From Acaryochloridaceae cyanobacterium VAR_48_metabat_390 (GTDB taxonomy: Bacteria; Cyanobacteriota; Cyanobacteriia; Thermosynechococcales; Thermosynechococcaceae): a DNA stretch of 20,321 nt. Numbering within the stretch: position 1 is the stretch's first letter; each line of letters starts with the position of its first letter. Both the position numbers and the translations under genes were made by a program. The stretch lies in contig JANPLU010000130.1 of the NCBI GenBank assembly GCA_031422435.1, positions 1-20,321 of the forward strand, written 5' to 3'. The notes under the pieces are model-generated. The model saw only the letters and a list, made by a program, of their open reading frames with translations, was not told the origin of the DNA and did no database searches. Positions 17,730 through 20,321 of this stretch are shown piece by piece.

Positions 17730-20078
17730 TCACCCCAGCAAACGCTGCTCTAAAGTTTGCTGAAGCTGTGACACAGAGGCACGCTGAAAATATTCATGCT
17801 GAAACTGCTCTTCTGCCACGGCATCTAAAAACTGCTGGATGGCTTGATTGGCAACTGTTATCTCAGAATCGGTCAGTAGACTGGGCTGACCTTCAACAAC
17901 AATGGCTTCTGCTTTAAGACGGATGGTAAATCCGACGGACTGAAGGGCGGCTAAGCCCAGGGCAAGCGATCGCCCACCCAGTCCCAAGCGTTTCTGAACA
18001 GCGTGAGCCGTAACGCAGCTTTGGGTACGGGCTAAATATTTGGCTAACCCCGCGAGCTGCCGCCACTTCAAGGTTGTTTCGGGCGGTGCCGAGGCCGGAT
18101 AAGCCAAGGCCAATTTTTCTTGCTGAGTATTCGCCTGCTGCGCCCACAGATCTAGCTCGTCCCAGTCATTGGGGCACTGATCTAAGCGAAGAATTGGGTT
18201 TGAAGAAAGAGGCGCTGCGGTCTGCTGTCGCCAGTCAAGCAGCCACGGTTCTACTGAAGGTAAATCTGTAAGTAACGGATCCACTGAAGCAGGGCGAACG
18301 GCAGTCAGTCGCAGATGATATTCAGACTGCTTATAGAGCTGTCCGTACTCTAGCTCCGCCACCACATCACATCGCCCATCGGGTAACTCGTTTGCATCGT
18401 GCCCCCACCAAACCCCAGGGAATAAGCTCGAAGTGCTTTCATCCCGCAGCATAAACCGCGTTTTTTTGTACCGCACTTTGTGATTGCCCCTTGCCTGTGT
18501 GCCCCCACCTCGCCGTCGCTCTAGCCAGCAGTTGCGAATTAAGAGCTGCGGGGCTGGGTTGCCCATGCCATAAGGCTCAAGCTGTAAAAGCTCTCTAAAT
18601 AAAGACTTCCCGCCGTCTTGCATAACGTCGGCAAGGGTCACTTCTAGGTCAATCTCGACGGGAGGGAGTGTCCATTGCCCAATGGTTTGCCGGAAGCTTT
18701 GATTGATGGATGCCGTCAACAGCGGCAAATTTTCGAGCGGCAAACTCAGTCCGGCTGCAAAGGGGTGTCCGCCAAAGCGATCAAGGAGATGCGTCTGCTG
18801 CTGAAGCAGGTCATAGAGGTCAATGCCTCGCACAGATCGGGCAGACCCTCTCAGCATTGTCGCTGTGTCTGGGGTAGAGCCTGCGCTGCTAAGAAGGATG
18901 GCAGGCTTGCCATAGGTTTGGGCTAACTGGCTGGCAACCAAGCCTAAAACCCCCACAGGCCACTGCGGATCGCTCAACACAATGACGGAGGTTGCCTCTA
19001 AGTCAAGTCGCGCTAAATACGCCTTAGCTTCGTGAGTGACGCGCTGCTGTACTTCTTTACGGCAAAGGTTTGTCACTTCAGCCGACTCCGCTAGCGCTAT
19101 TGCGCGAACCGGATCGCGGGTTGTCAGCAGTTCGACCCCTTCACGGGCGTTGCCGTGGATGCGGCTGAGGGCGTTGATGCGCGGACCTAAACCAAAGGAA
19201 ATGTCTGAGGGGCGATCGCCTGTTCTGCGACACAATTCCAGCAGTTTTGCGACACCAGGACGGGTAGGGTAATCAATCTGCTGTTTGAGACGCTCCAGCC
19301 CTTTCTGGGCAAGATAACGGCAGTCTCCGGTGAGCTGAACGAGATCGGCAATGAGTCCAATGGCGACCAGATCAAGTAGGTTTCCTAGGGGGGCTTGAGG
19401 GACTTGAGGCAGGGTGTCGTAAAGCGCCTCGACGAGCTTGTAGGCGACGGCAACGCCCGATAGGTGCGCCAGCGGATGCCCTTGGGGAAACGTGCGGGAA
19501 TTGAGAAACGCAGTGACTGAGGGGCGTTCTTTTGGCAGGGTGTGATGATCGGTGATGATGATATCTATGCCTAGCTGTCGGGCGTAGTTAATTTCAGTAT
19601 GGTCAGAACTGCCCGTATCGCAGGTCACAATGAGCTGCGCACCTTGAGCGGCGATTTCCTCAATGCCTGCCCTCGAAAGCCCATGAGACTCCCTAAGCCG
19701 ATTGGGGATAAAAAAGTGAAGGGTCTGCGCCTGCTCAAAAAATTGGCCTAACCCCTCCCACAGCACCGCCGTTGCCGTAATGCCATCCGCGTCAAAATCT
19801 CCCCAAATAAAGACCGTTTCTTGGCGATCGCGCGCTTTAATCAACCGCGCCACAGCCTGCTCCATCTCAACCCCAAAGGCTGAAGGCGGCATGGGTTGGT
19901 AGTGGCTGCTGTCTAAAAAAGCCAAGACAGATGCTTCATCCTGCACTCCTCTTTGCCACAGAAGCTGCGCGATAAACCGCCCGTCACTTTGGAGTAGGCG
20001 AGTTTTCAGCAGTTCTGTCAACCAAGCTGGCAGTTGGTGCTGGGGCTTGAGCTGCCAAGGGGAAAGGGGCGATCGCAT
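17730..20078 (-). CDS. recJ: Single-stranded-DNA-specific exonuclease RecJ (long cyanobacterial form)
   Basis: GDFDADG, VTCDTG, ITDHH, IADLV, GPRINA, RGSARS, FGGHPFAAG, LEPYGMGNP. Confidence 0.95.
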   Translation of the reverse strand: MRSPLSPWQLKPQHQLPAWLTELLKTRLLQSDGRFIAQLLWQRGVQDEASVLAFLDSSHYQPMPPSAFGVEMEQAVARLIKARDRQETVFIWGDFDADGITATAVLWEGLGQFFEQAQTLHFFIPNRLRESHGLSRAGIEEIAAQGAQLIVTCDTGSSDHTEINYARQLGIDIIITDHHTLPKERPSVTAFLNSRTFPQGHPLAHLSGVAVAYKLVEALYDTLPQVPQAPLGNLLDLVAIGLIADLVQLTGDCRYLAQKGLERLKQQIDYPTRPGVAKLLELCRRTGDRPSDISFGLGPRINALSRIHGNAREGVELLTTRDPVRAIALAESAEVTNLCRKEVQQRVTHEAKAYLARLDLEATSVIVLSDPQWPVGVLGLVASQLAQTYGKPAILLSSAGSTPDTATMLRGSARSVRGIDLYDLLQQQTHLLDRFGGHPFAAGLSLPLENLPLLTASINQSFRQTIGQWTLPPVEIDLEVTLADVMQDGGKSLFRELLQLEPYGMGNPAPQLLIRNCWLERRRGGGTQARGNHKVRYKKTRFMLRDESTSSLFPGVWWGHDANELPDGRCDVVAELEYGQLYKQSEYHLRLTAVRPASVDPLLTDLPSVEPWLLDWRQQTAAPLSSNPILRLDQCPNDWDELDLWAQQANTQQEKLALAYPASAPPETTLKWRQLAGLAKYLARTQSCVTAHAVQKRLGLGGRSLALGLAALQSVGFTIRLKAEAIVVEGQPSLLTDSEITVANQAIQQFLDAVAEEQFQHEYFQRASVSQLQQTLEQRLLG

Positions 20079-20093
20079 TAAACTTCTCTCAAC

Positions 20094-20321
20094 CTAAACC
20101 GATGCGTGAGGGTCTGCTTTCGGGAGCCGCACCTTTGCCCGATAGAGCAGCCGCTCTCTTTGACGATAGCCCACATGGCTCACCTGCACTGGATGTTGAA
20201 CCGCTGGTGGGGCAGTCTCTGCGCTCCACTGATGGAGGGTGGGGTCGTAGGGGACGATTTGGGAGATTGAGGCGATCGCCTCAATCTCCCACGATTGCAG
20301 AAGCTGCTCGAGAGGCTTCAG
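20094..20321 (-). CDS. 3' end of a GrpE-like protein (5' truncated by window edge)
   Basis: Hand translation LKPLEQLLQSWEIEAIASISQIVPYDPTLHQW...VQVSHVGYRQRERLLYRAKVRLPKADPHASV*; YDP..H and GY....LL.RAKV resemble the GrpE beta-domain; ends 15 bp before recJ. Confidence 0.75.
   Translation of the reverse strand: MKPLEQLLQSWEIEAIASISQIVPYDPTLHQWSAETAPPAVQHPVQVSHVGYRQRERLLYRAKVRLPKADPHASV
20260..20291. repeat. Perfect 32-bp palindrome centred on HIP1
   Basis: TGGGAGATTGAGGCGATCGCCTCAATCTCCCA equals its own reverse complement. Confidence 0.95.

Larger units (their letters stand above)
1046..20279. repeat. Dispersed HIP1 octamers (GCGATCGC)
   Basis: About 21 copies by eye: 1046, 1254, 2168, 4955, 6833, 7903, 8324, 8713, 12348, 13399, 13437, 14665, 15038, 15407, 17324, 17549, 17966, 19212, 19824, 20069, 20272. 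Confidence 0.9.

Noticed and set aside
20150..20170. Suspected frameshift in the GrpE-like gene
   Set aside because: Re-reading gives CAA AGA GAG CGG in frame (GYRQRERLLYRAKV), so the frame is intact
1..20321. CRISPR array, long tandem repeats, rRNA, prophage genes
   Set aside because: No regularly spaced repeats or corresponding genes were seen

Overview
Cyanobacterial chromosomal window (about 21 HIP1 GCGATCGC octamers counted by eye, photosynthesis genes). It is mostly core genes: the 3' end of a hypothetical gene, glmS, a minus-strand accD-psbV-psbV2-petJ block, sir plus an HI0933-family flavoprotein, Uma2, glutathione peroxidase, cbiE/T, a serine-acetyltransferase-like protein, tRNA-Arg(ACG), an S41 C-terminal protease, MTA phosphorylase, pcyA, recJ and the 3' end of a GrpE-like gene. 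One AT-rich, HIP1-free accessory patch (~9.1-11.1 kb) holds a 111-bp MITE, a frameshift-split membrane-protein gene and an orphan exported protein. The best non-annotated signals are: (1) a probable structured ~120-nt sRNA at ~14479-14597 with its own promoter, candidate RpaB/HLR1 site and strand-specific terminator; (2) at the sir locus, an unlisted 59-aa ORF, an Rrf2-like operator candidate and a C-terminal ribbon-helix-helix-like tail on Sir; (3) a perfect 32-bp HIP1-centred palindrome inside a coding sequence. No large novel multi-gene system could be supported from the sequence alone.
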